From the NCBI GenBank assembly GCA_046563655.1, contig CM102285.1:2356001-2420000 (forward strand): a stretch of DNA of 64,000 nt. Reading direction: 5' to 3'. Under the pieces are notes generated by a model. It did no database searches, had not been told where the DNA came from, and saw only the letters and a list, made by a program, of their open reading frames with translations. Positions 29,001-40,780 of this stretch are shown in pieces. Position numbers and translations under genes: made by a program. This DNA is from Yuukianura sp. NJ FZ-2021 (Eukaryota). Each line of letters starts with the position of its first letter. Within the stretch, counting starts at the first letter, position 1.

Positions 29001-29793
29001 ATTTTAAGTAACGACTGTGCAGAGTTTCGCTATTTCTTCCAACAAAGAAAGCCATTACCCTCGTCTAGTTTGCTTTTATAGATCGGCGTAACAATTTGTT
29101 CACAATATTTTTGTACCTAAAATTTGTTCAAATTACTAATAATTTCAATTTGGCAAGAGTAACCACAATTTCCCGCCCCAACGCATTTGTACAATACATT
29201 TGCAGTTAGCAGAAAAAGTTCAACTTTTCGATTTCTCAGCAAAATTTAGGACAAATCACTTTTATTACGCCCTTTTTTACATTTGTTTGCAGTAGAAATG
29301 CTAGAGAATTTTTTTTAAATGGAGCAGTTTATCACCAAAGCTTTGAGCAGCAGCTAAATACCTAAAAACACTATTCAAATAAACAACATAACGAAGGAGC
29401 CAAGGGTTATTTAGGTCGAAACTGGAGTTCTGAAATGACAAGTTTCCATAGAAACCGACTTTGCAAACGAAGTTACAAATTTAGGTGGCAAGATGAGGAC
29501 GCTATGTTCCACTTTGTGACGACGTTTCGCTACTTTTGTACATTTTGATTTACTAGGCCATTATTTATTTATATATCTGTTTATGAGCAACTGAGAAACG
29601 AACGTCATTACCTGGACATAAGCTGTTTAATTTAAAGACTTCTGAAACTATTCCGCTAAAGAAGGACAGGGCTGTGGTTTTAAACGATATCATCAAAAAA
29701 GGCAACGATGTTATAGATGACTCCCATTACCACTTAGTTTCCATTTGTATAGCGGTTAGGCGGCCCTACTTTGTCCAACGTTCCTGTCACAAT

Positions 29794-31180
29794 ATGTTGT
29801 CTGAAATTTCTTGGAAGTACATATTGAAATTCTTCTACGATGGCTCCCAGTGGAGGTTGTGCACATTTCAACTAATTTCTGTTGAAGGTGAAATCGTTCC
29901 ACAGAAACGCAACTACTACTCGGCTAGAATATTTACAGCTATTTGTATTCTCTTAAATTTGATCGCTATTGTAGCATATTCTGCTACTGCGTTACACGTT
30001 CGAAATGACTACACAGAGCTAATCTTCATTTCTGGAATTATCTTACTCGTCTCATTTTTAACTGGAATGCAGCTATGGTACTTTGTATTTGAAGAAGAAA
30101 TTTACGGCATCATCTCAACCTTCCTCAAAATCAACAATCAACTCCGTAAGTGCATTTACCTTTTGAACTTTGACAAGGTCAATCTTAATTAGTACTTCTA
30201 CTTTTTCAGATAAAAGCTACGGATTGCCGGTAATTTCACAAGGAAAAGACGGATATGAACCAGCGCTAAAAATCACGAATGCGATATTCTCATATACGCG
30301 CATTTTTATTGTTCCTGCAATGGTATCATTTTTCCTAGTCTCCGGTACAAATATAAGCCGAGCAACATATATTATATATGAAGCCGTTCTACGGTTTTGC
30401 TTTGGAGTGGAGAATTGGATCATCGTTGGCGGCACAATTTTCATAACAGAAACACTTTTTGCATTGACGTTTATAAATGCTACCTTTGCATTATATGTGT
30501 TTACTTGTAGCGCTTTAATGTACACAAATACAACGAGACTTTGGCTTCAACATTTAACGTAAGTGCAGTAGAAATGATAAGCACCAAATCTGTCCGAAAT
30601 TTTGTTTGATACCATTGTATTACTAATTGCATTACCAACTTCGCCAAATGTTCGAAAAGCAAACCTATGCGCCATAATATTGCTTTTGCAATAATAATGT
30701 GTACTTTGTTGAAGGGAAAGGGTGATTAATGTCGTGGAAAACAAGGATAGTCAAACGTACGAATGTCTCCAAGTTATGAACAAGTATGCGAACCACGTCT
30801 TTGCAAATTTGGTTGCATATGCAATATGCTCCTGCGAAATCATGTTAATTATATTCATGTATACTGTAGTCAAGTCGTTCACAGCAGAGTACATCGTCCT
30901 GCTACAACTATATATCTTGTCTATTGCCGTAATTGTGTTTATTCTGACGGAAGCAGTGAGCCTAGCAGCACTATGTCACCAAAACTCCACAGAGTGTAGG
31001 CATGCCGGAATCTACAATCGACGCAAAAGTGGAGAATACAGTCGCAGGTTCTGGCGTTCAAGACAATTAATCAACGTCAGAGTTGGACAGTGGTTTGTGC
31101 TGGACTCCAAGGCTTACCTCATCACACTCTATGCAGACATCGTCCTGCAAAACCTCATTAACCTCCTCGTTGCGTACTAG
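29794..31180 (+). CDS. 7TM chemoreceptor-like family A, copy 4 (MLSEISWKY type), 3 exons
   Basis: Closest paralog of 3682-5566, in inverted orientation; ORFs 29674-30192, 30170-30562 and 30722-31180. Confidence 0.75.
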
Positions 31181-32059
31181 ATGTACACCGTAAGTTGAAG
31201 CCAAAGGTTAGGTCACCCAACTAGAGTTCTGAAATGCCAACCAGTGTCCAGCAACAGCCAATAACGGTATCCTAATGCAATTACCAAATGAGTCATCAGT
31301 AGATCCATACAAATTTAATTTATTTATAATTTGGTTTTGCTTTTATATCTTCTCTAATGAAATCTAGTTTTGATCTTATTTGTTAGAATTATTTAACATC
31401 CAATTTCCAAAAAATTTTGTCGTTCCACCCATGCCTACGTTTGACCACGCAAAGCGTTCGTAATAATTAAACATTCTTGAAATAAACATACGGATGGAGT
31501 CGAGGATAAATGGATACGTAGAAACTGGAGTAGTGAAATGGCAACCAGTTTCCCTCAACGCTAAACTTTTCTGAGATCTGTTTCTTATCTATACGACCAA
31601 TTATGAGCAACTGGGAAGCGAACTTTTGCACTGGAACATTATCTGTTTAATTCAAAATATATTAAACTAATCCCTGAAAGAAAGCCATGGACTGAATTTT
31701 CAAAAGAGAAAAAAGCAAGCAAATGTTCATACTTATTTAAAAAAAATTGACAAAAAAAAAACAAAAACAAATACAAATACAAATACAAAAAACAAAAAAA
31801 ACGGTTGCGGAACTTTTCTCTCAATTTAAAATAATTGGACATGAAAGCTAACAAGAAAATCCACTCGTTTGATATTAAAGTTATAAATTGTTTAGGGAGA
31901 CGTGCTGGATGGGCTGACAAGAAGTTATACCAAGGCTACAATATGGCTAATAAGTATAAAAAATTCAATCTTTTAGCTTCTTTTTTCTTCGCGTTCTATT
32001 AGGAAATGTTACGCAGTATTGTTCGGGTTAGTCTCTCCTAAGACCCTGTTAGCTTCACT

Positions 32060-33403
32060 ATGTTGTCTTACACTACTTGGAAGTACTCATTGAAGGTGTT
32101 CAATGATGGGTGCAAGTGGAGGTCATCGTCATTTCGAGTAGTTCTAATTAAGGGTGAGATCGTTGCAAAAAGTTGTGACGAATATAATACCAGACTCCTT
32201 ACAGCTATTTGCCTGGTCTTAAATTTCATGTCAATTGCATTGTATTGTATCATTGCGTTCCTGGTGCAAAATAACTACAAAGAGTTCATCTTTATGACTG
32301 GCATGATCATAGCACTCTTAGGTGTGACTGGAGTACAACTCTGGAACTTTGTATTTGGAACAAAAATTTATAGCATCGTCGCAACCTTCTTCAAATTAAC
32401 CACTAAACTCCGTAATATAGTTTTTGTATAATATTAGAATTTTTGTGTAAATTAAATTGCCGCCTGAACAGTATTAGTTTCATTGACTTTACGTTTAATT
32501 TTTCAGATAAACGTTATGGACTACAATTATTTTCAAAAGAAAAAGATGGATACGAATCGACGCTAAAAGTTTCGGCTAAGATATTCGACTACACGCGTAT
32601 TATTATCATACCGACAGCAGTATCATTCTTGTTATTTTCCGATACACGTATAACCGAATCAATTTACCGTCTGTATGGAACAGTTCTTCATTATTGCTTT
32701 GGAGTGGACAGCCAGGTCTTCACTGGAATAATAATTTTAGTGTTGGAAACATTCTTTTGCCTGGCTGTTCTTAACGCTCTGTTCTCAGCGCTCATAATTG
32801 TTAATACAATTTTACTGTACATGAACTCAACGCGGCTTTGGCTTCATCTTTTGCTGTAAGCGGTTAAAAATTTTAGCCTAAAAGTTTAAGATTAAACCAA
32901 AGTCTTTTCTGCACGTTGGAATAATTTGTGCTATCTTTTGAAGGGAGAAAATGAATGACGAGGACCACAACCACTTTTTAACGTACTCTTGTCTTCAAGT
33001 CATGAACAAGCAAGCCAACTACGTATTTGCCAATTTAGTTGCATATGGAATAAGCGGTTGCGAAATCTTACTGGTTATTTTTATGTACTCGTTGGTTTCG
33101 TCACTGGAAGGAAAGTATATTGGCATGCTCCAACTGTTCATTTTGTCTACCAGCGTAATTATTTTTGTTGTGACGGAAACAGTGAGTCTAGCAGCACTTT
33201 GCCACCAAAATTCCATAAAATGTAGATTAGCAGGAATTCACAACCTACGCTACAGGAAGTATCACCGCAAATTTTGGCATTCAAGGCAACTTATTAGCGT
33301 TAGAGTTGGGCAGTTGTTTGTCTTGGACTCAAAAGCTTACCTCCTCACACTCTACGCAGACATCGTACTACAAAACGTCATTAACCTTCTCGTAATGTTC
33401 TAA
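32060..33403 (+). CDS. 7TM chemoreceptor-like family A, copy 5 (MLSYTTWKY type), 3 exons (approx. 32060-32411, 32507-32855, 32944-33403)
   Basis: Intact frames with GT-AG boundaries; inverted near-copy of 1038-2381, including about 700 bp of 3' flank. Confidence 0.78.
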
Positions 33404-34423
33404 ATTTACGGTGTGTACTGGATAATAGCAACCTTCTGCACAATGTCATCGGCTCGCTTGTTCGGCTCCAACTGTAGAGCTTAAATAAAGAACTATTCTC
33501 CAATTGGAGAATACATTAATGTATCTCAACGCCCTTCAATTCGTCCTTGTCGTTGTGAACATAATTAAAGAATTGAACATTTTATTTATTTTAGTAATTT
33601 CGCTATAAAATTAGCTACTAGACCCTAATTTAGCTATAAAATAAATCATCAGTTGTAAATCGCAATAAAAAAAATTGTAATTTTCTTTTACCTTTCGGAT
33701 TCTCTCTAATAAAATTTAGCTTTGAAGATCTCTCATAAGAATTATTTAGAGTTCAATTTAAAAAATTTTGTGGGTCCTCCCAGGCCTATAATGTCCACGA
33801 GGTAATACTTTCGTAATGATTAAATATTTTATAAATAAATGACGGAGCCAATGGTAAGGGCTCTTCTGGAGTTCTGGGATGGCTGCCAGTTTCCATAGAG
33901 GCCGATTTAGCAAACAAAGTGATTAATTCAGGAAGCATTCTGAGAACTTCTGGATAAATTGTTTTCTCATTAGTCGAAATATACTGAACTACGTTTTGTG
34001 TATCTGTATGTCTGTCCGTCTGTCTCTCTATCTGTCAGTCCGTCTATCTGTCTGTATAGTTGTGCGACCTTTGGTAAGCCTTGAAAACCGATGAACATTC
34101 CCGAGATCTCTTTTAATCAATCATGTTTTAATCATGGTTCAAATGTTCATTTTGTTGTTTTTGTCACCGTAATTGGTTTTGTTGTATAGGTTAAATGGTT
34201 TTGTTCTGTTCCCATAGATGAACTTACTTAGCATGGTCTGGAGGTGACTAAACTATTTCAGACTTGACCGGAAGTGGGCAGCTTCCGGGTTTGCGCGTAG
34301 CATTTTTAATTCTCTACTTATTTACGGCATTTACAGAAATTTATTTACCATTCAAGTTCCAAAAAAAGTTTCGTCGTCATAACCTTCATTAACGATTAAA
34401 AGTTTTTTTTTTCACATAAACGA

Positions 34424-34720
34424 TGAAGCCAAAGGTTACGTCACCCAGCTAGAGTTCTGAAACGGCAACCAGTGTCCAGCAACAGCAACTAACGTTATCC
34501 CAAGGCAACTAGAAAATTATCAGTACATCCATGCAAATTTAATCTAATTCATAATTTGGTTTTTACTTTTACATCTTCCCTAATGAAATCTTGTTTTAAT
34601 CTCATTTGTTAGAATTATTTAACATCCAATTTCCAAAAAATTTTGTCGTTCCTTCCATGCCTACATTCAACCAGGCAAAAGTTCGTCATTATTTAAACAT
34701 TCTTGAAATAAACATAAGGA
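34424..34720 (+). repeat. Dispersed direct repeat of 31196-31490
   Basis: Both start GAAGCCAAAGGTTA(G/C)GTCACCCA...AGAGTTCTGAAA...CAACCAGTGTCCAGCAACAGC and stay alignable for about 300 bp. Confidence 0.75.
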
Positions 34721-35215
34721 CGTAGGCAGTTACGTGGAAACTGGAGCTCTGAAATTACAATTTCAGGAATTAGGAGGAATTATATGTGAAGGCCTATAAT
34801 TTCCTCTGGATTTTCCGGTTGTAAACAGTCATATGCAGTTCAAGCAAAAATACAAAAAAAAAAAGAAGCAAGAACAGCAAAAACAAAGCAATGCGTTAAA
34901 AAAGACGCTGTGCACAAATGCTGAATTTGATCAAAAGAGAAGTGGAAGAGCTTCAAGTGAACACCGAAAAATTAACAAGTTTTAAACCAAAAAGTTTTTA
35001 ACTCCTAATAGGTTAGTAATTAGTAAGCGGAGGAAACTACCAAGTAATTAAGACTTTGATAAAAAGAAATCAATTTTAAAGCAATTTACACAACTTAATA
35101 CCAATTTAATTACGCTTGAGTTTATATATAACCTGCCCACTTCAGATCATTTCTTAGAAATTCCTTTCAATAAATTTCTTTTAATTCTGTCCCATTTGAA
35201 GCTATTCAGTCCAAA

Positions 35216-35974
35216 ATGAAAAGTACTTCATTGGTTTTGATCTTGTGCACATTTGTGCAAGTAAATTGTAAGAAAAAACTATATTTGTTACTAGAATATA
35301 AATTACCTATGTGAACATTACCATAAGTCTCACAAACTTGACTTCATCAAATTCTGTTTTCAGTCTAATTTTTTTTCGTTTCCATTTTTTCAAAATTGCA
35401 ACTCGTAACAGGGGCTATAAGGGCAGAGGAAGTTGTTGCCACTTCATCCGACGGAACATCCACCGATACTTGCCTCGCCTTCAGTGGCTACGATATTCGT
35501 CCTGGTTATGACTTGGATATGATTTATGGGTCAAACAACGCTGACTGTTGTCGCCTGTGCTTCGACCGAGAAGACTGCAAAGGCTGGACAATGTACGAAG
35601 GAAAATGCCACCTCAAAGGTACTGACGAACTGGTTGTTGCGAATAACCCCACAGCAACGGTCAGTGGCATCAAAAATTCTGGTGGCGATGCTGGCAGTCC
35701 AAATTTTTCAGACAAATCGCCACAAGTTGAGTCACCTAAAGACAGCGAAGGACAGCATACGACCTGTTCCGTTCTAAATGATGTTGAAATAGTTGGAACC
35801 ACTTTGGAAAACAAGGGCTACATGTACCTGTCTCAATGCTGCCACGAATGCGGAAATACCGAAGGTTGCTCAGGTTGGACCTACCACGAATGGCAATGCA
35901 TCTTAAAGAGTGGCACTGAACTTCAGCCGAGTGTCGGAGACATCAGTGGCCTCAAACTTGCCGAAGATAACTAA
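35216..35974 (+). CDS. Secreted protein with two PAN/apple-like domains, 2 exons
   Basis: Signal-peptide exon MKSTSLVLILCTFVQVN, spliced in phase 1 to an ORF with CCRLCFDREDCKGWTMYEGKCHLK and CCHECGNTEGCSGWTYHEWQCILK; TATA-like TATATA about 95 bp upstream. Confidence 0.75.
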
Positions 35975-36207
35975 ATGTTTGAAAAAATACTGCAATTGTT
36001 GATCACATCTGCTGCCGTATCTTCTATAGCAAAATCGTATTCTGGCGATATGATTAAACAAAAAAATCTTATCCGCATAATTTACAACCTTAACTTGCTT
36101 TTAATTGGAGTTATTTAATTATTGAAGAGATTTTTAAAATTGTAGCATCATATCAGTGTCCTCTGAATCACGAGTTTGGTTTCTGCGCTAATATGTGTTG
36201 GTATAAG

Positions 36208-36487
36208 CAAGGTACCTTGACAACGAAGAGTTAATTTTTTTACCAGGTTTGGTACTACCTAGCTTGTTGATAAAAAAACGAAAAAACAAAAAACAAACAA
36301 AAATTGGTAACAATTTTAGTACCAATCCGAAAATAAATTGCTACCAATTCGTATGCAAAATTTAAAAAATTCGGCTGAATTGTTATGTATCTGACGTCCT
36401 GAAATCAAAAGCCACCTTTTTTTGTAAAATCAAAAAAAAAACGTGAAAACCCAACCTGTTAAAGAAAACCAAAGTCAACAAACCTTG
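36208..36487. mobile_element. P-element-like MITE (CAAGG...CCTTG), reverse orientation
   Basis: Termini CAAGGT / ACCTTG; degenerate 8-bp TSD GGTATAAG / GCTATAAC; same family as 27655-27922. Confidence 0.6.
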
Positions 36488-37494
36488 GCTATAACATGCA
36501 TCAATATAAGCCATTTTAACTACAAATGATATTCCTGTTAATTTTGAGTGAAGAACGTCATGCTCATGATTTTGTGCATAAAATTCCCAAAGCTAATCAA
36601 CACGCAGAATTTATTTAAATCACACGGTTCAAATCTGGAAAAAAAAACAATCACTTGACAGTAAAACGATGACGTCAACCAATTACTTATTCTAACCCAA
36701 AATATGAAATCTAAGTTGCGCAGATGCAAGCAGAATGCAAGTGAAACTAGATTAGTAAATGTTGTCTCAATGATTAATGTTGTCACGACACATTTTACAT
36801 CTAACGTTTTTTGAAATTTGGTTTCTCGATGGAGTTTACTAACAATAACCTAACCAAAATTACTAGAAATCCACTTGAACATTGCATCAGTTCAGTCTGA
36901 CAGTCAAGTGGAGGCTTGTGATTCCTGAATGAACAAACTAAAAGTGAATCTCGTGGTTTAGTGCTTATGTGGACTTCAGAGTAGTTGACCCCAACAGTAA
37001 TGCATGGGAAATTCCACTTCATTTTTCTGGATTTGGAACTGAAAAGGCACGCGAGTTGATGAACTTTGTGTTTTTGTTATCACTTCACACTTTCCTGATG
37101 ATCTGATTGGTCACGCAGATACAAATTTTGTGAGTTCAGGTTAAATTCAAATGTAGTGGAGTAATATGGTCTGATCCAAATCGTAGTTTGTAATCGTCCT
37201 CCTCATCAAATAAACTAATTGTCATATTAATCACATGCTTAGTCTTCCTTATCAATTCAGTTAGTCACTGAATAATATAAATACTAAACCATGATTCAAA
37301 TGAGTAAGCAATCGAGTTGCACGACCTCTCCAGAAAATAGTCAAATTACAACGTGGTTTTTAAATTGAGCAAAACGAAACGATCATTTCGAAAAAAAAAA
37401 CTGAAAACTTTGAGTTTTTTGTAATAGTAACACTATATCGTCAGAACTTCAGCCATTTTATCTGTGAATTGATTTGGAGCGAAATTTAATCGTA

Positions 37495-38345
37495 ATGGTT
37501 CATCATAGTTATTCCAGAGCGTCTCATTTTATACTGCCGAAAAAACGAAGATTCAATTCAGAATGTGAAAATGCTGACAAAGAAGTAAACTGTACATGTC
37601 GCATTGTGCCATTATACGAGGAGTGCAAGTTACCACAAGATCTGAGTGTGGGAAAAATTTCTACGCAGTCGAATTCAACATTTTTGGATTTTCCGCGTCA
37701 TTTTGAAAATTTGGAAGCTTCTAGTCCACCTCCTGTCTGCTTCTCTTCCTATTTGGATTATTGCAATTCAGTATTCTGGCGACCTTGGAGCTCAGAAAAC
37801 AACGTTGGAGATTGCAAAGTTTCAAGAAAAAGTGCAAACGATACCAATGAAGCACATGACCTCCAAAAATGCAAAGTAAATACTTCTGTAGTACAACTTT
37901 CAACACAGTATGCAGAAAAAAAAACTCGTACTTGGCAATTTGAATGGAAAGCTTTTATATTTTTTAAATTCATTAGAATGGGTTATTCTGAATTTTATAG
38001 TTTTGTCCTCAGCAGTTTACGAGGCGTGACAATTTGACGCGCCATTTGAAGTCTAAACACAATCTCAAAAACCGACCGTGTTGTCGATACTGTTCCAAGA
38101 TGTAAGTTTACTTAAGCTATATGTTTGAAATTTATCTTTGTTTTTTGTTGTGTTTTAGCACTTTGTAGTTTTTTCTTTTCAGACTTTCGCGTAAAGATGC
38201 TGTGTTAAGGCATGAATTAAATTGTCACTTTAATCCTGCCAGAGAAGAATGCAAACTACGCAACTTTTCTATGCTAAGCGAAAACTCACTTAATTCGCCA
38301 AGTCGTTTGAAATTTCTGAATCCAAAGATAAACATTTCAAAATAA
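37495..38345 (+). CDS. Small zinc-finger putative repressor (two C2H2/C2HC-type fingers, PQDLS and FWRPW motifs); exons 37495-37875, 38001-38101, 38183-38345
   Basis: Splicing gives ...QKCK|FCPQQFTRRDNLTRHLKSKHNLKNRPCCRYCSKI|LSRKDAVLRHELNCH...; NLS-like PKKRR; AATAAA near 38380. Confidence 0.75.
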
Positions 38346-38824
38346 TCGAGTAAAGTAATTACTTTGTACATTTTTTTACAATAAAACATGAAACAAATAC
38401 TCATTTAATGGTAAATTTGTACACGAGAAACATGAATATATCTTGCGATTGTGTCCACTCTATGCTCAACTATTACCAATTCATGAGTGACCTTTGCAGT
38501 TCACAAGCTTGTTACAAAAAAAAGAATGTTAGTGGAACGGTTAGATACGTGTCTGTTTTGTGCTATTTTCTTTTCGGATTTCATTAACGTGGTGTAATGT
38601 GCAAGGAAACAGTGGAACCTACTTAGGTTCTTTTTAAGTAGAAAATTAAATTTCGAATTCCAAAATTGGATTAGGGCAATGCCTGATTCTATTTGTAGAA
38701 AAGCAGCGATGGTCTGATCAAACTTTCACCTTGTCCAAGCATGGGCCTGTAATGTCTCAAATTCAATTTGGAAAATTAGCAGTGAAGTAATAAAAAATAG
38801 AGCATGACTCAGCATCGCAGTAGC

Positions 38825-38997
38825 AGTAGGAGGGTAGAGGGGACTTTCACGCCAAATCAACCTTTGGACCCATAAGGTTTTAAAGCAACTGGCGTGAGAT
38901 CCCAAAAGTCGGATTAATTAAGACTAATTAAGACATTCTTCAAGACTAATTAACACTTCCGTTCAAGACTAATTAAGACTAATTAAATACTTCCTGT
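38825..38997 (+). repeat. Left terminal inverted repeat (173 bp)
   Basis: Base-for-base reverse complement of 47897-48069; contains repeated AAGACTAATTA units and an internal TCACGCCA / TGGCGTGA inverted pair. Confidence 0.95.
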
Positions 38998-39799
38998 GAC
39001 TATTCCTGAACGCACTAATTAGCACTGCCGTTCAAGACCAATTAACGCTTCCTGTGTCAAATTAAATACATCCCGCGACAGTTAAACGCCATCTGTTCTC
39101 ATTAATTAGTCGTATTAGCAAGACGGTTTAAAAGGTGGCGTGGATGTCTAAATGGTCAGTTACTTTTCTGCATCCATAATGATTCTATCTCCAATTCCGT
39201 TCTCTGGCTCCCTCCAATTTGTTAAAATGGATGACATGAAACCTCCCATTAAAATCCAATTTTAAATGTGTGGAGAAACCTAACCACGAGCCAATAGGAA
39301 CAACTTTCCCACCAAATTTGAAACAAAAAATGCATGCGTCACTGAAAATTATGAAATTCATACTTTAAACCATGAATAGTTAGGATGCCTTTTATATCAT
39401 GTGTAAACTAACCAACTTAGTCTATAGTCCTTTTGCAAAATCGGACACATGCACCGGTAATTGGTGGTTTCCGGTCTTAATCATTTCCGGTCTACAACAC
39501 CTGACCGTTATGTAGGTGTTATAGGTTAAGGAGCAATGAAGCTTGAACATTGTTCACAACTTTTAAACGAAACAAGAAAGGACTTGTAATCCTTTATTTT
39601 CAAATTTTTTGTAAATCCATTAATGCTTCCTAGAACAATTCTCTTAACGCTACGTGTGAACATTAATTAAACACACTTGGCCAGGTTCTTTAATTACTTT
39701 GCCAGCTTGCTTTTCAACTTTTAAACGAAACTAGAAAGGACAATCATTTTTCTTCAAATTTTTAACATCTGTAAATCCTAGTTACATTAAAATTACAAG

Positions 39800-40495
39800 C
39801 TATGGAGTGGTTAGAACACCATGAAATATGATGCTGCCAATTACATCAGCACTGTACGGCTTCATTCGAAGTTCCTCGAGCGTAGAATACATGCTACGTG
39901 TAGAACTCTCCATAACAAAGGTTCTTCGACGGATCTGAAATTGTTGGTGTTTTGTCAAATCCAGCAAATGTGACGTATATTGTTTCCGAATGTGTTGATT
40001 TGTTTGTGGACAGCAGCAATTAGGACGATCGAAAACACTTCCATTACTTGGAATTTCTTTATTTCGACACCTACTCAAAGCCAATTCGCGTAGATCCTTC
40101 AAGTAGCTTCGTTTTGCTTCATGGATAACTCTATCCAACGATTCGTCTAAATACGAAGTTGGAAATGATTTTAGGAGTCTTCCAACCAAACGTGGAACTT
40201 GATCCAGCTTAACAGCAGCAGCGCCAGACGCTCGAATTAGGAATACTTGATCATCTTCTCGTATGCAATGAATATTCGCTTCCCTGATTTCCCGGATTGA
40301 TTCTACCTGGCTCGCTTTCTTACGATTTTGAGCCAGAATTTTTTCAAAATGCGGTAGGTCAGCCATCATTTTCCCCGCTCCAATGTATAGAACAACTAAC
40401 TTCTCAACTACCGTCGTCAGTTCCTCCAAAGTAAAAGTAATGGAAAAAGATGAATTTCTGACTTCAATACCGGATGTGGACGAAAGTACTTCCAT
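39800..40495 (-). CDS. Element-encoded protein of unknown function, 231 aa; paralog of 40781-41497
   Basis: Intact ORF; shares EELxTVVExLV, LPHFEKxLxQNR, YLxESLDxxIHExKRxY and LDxTKHQQ with the neighbour. Confidence 0.8.
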   Translation of the reverse strand: MEVLSSTSGIEVRNSSFSITFTLEELTTVVEKLVVLYIGAGKMMADLPHFEKILAQNRKKASQVESIREIREANIHCIREDDQVFLIRASGAAAVKLDQVPRLVGRLLKSFPTSYLDESLDRVIHEAKRSYLKDLRELALSRCRNKEIPSNGSVFDRPNCCCPQTNQHIRKQYTSHLLDLTKHQQFQIRRRTFVMESSTRSMYSTLEELRMKPYSADVIGSIIFHGVLTTP

Positions 40496-40780
40496 GTTGA
40501 GCTAATTTAAACTCGCGTTTCCTTCTTACGACCAGTTAAGACTCAACTAATTGGGACTAATTCATTTTCTTTTTGCTTTGTTAGGAGGAGCTAACTCCCT
40601 CGCCCCCAGGACTATGAATCTGATTGGCTCTTGTACAAAAAACGTTTTTGGAACTTACTTTGACCATGTGATTAGGGGGAATTTAATGCCACCCACGTTC
40701 AGGGGGGAACGCAGTGCTACCTATACAGTTTAACCATCACCATCCATTTACTATTGTACTAAAATTTACTATTGCCAAGA

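Noticed and set aside
38910-39060. CRISPR-like array
   Set aside because: Short AAGACTAATTA units without unique spacers, inside a eukaryotic TIR; no cas genes.
38998-39799. Hidden integrase or capsid remnant at the element's left end
   Set aside because: No ORF of 60 aa or more and no DDE, chromodomain or capsid-like fragments recognisable by eye; a profile search could still find a very decayed relic.
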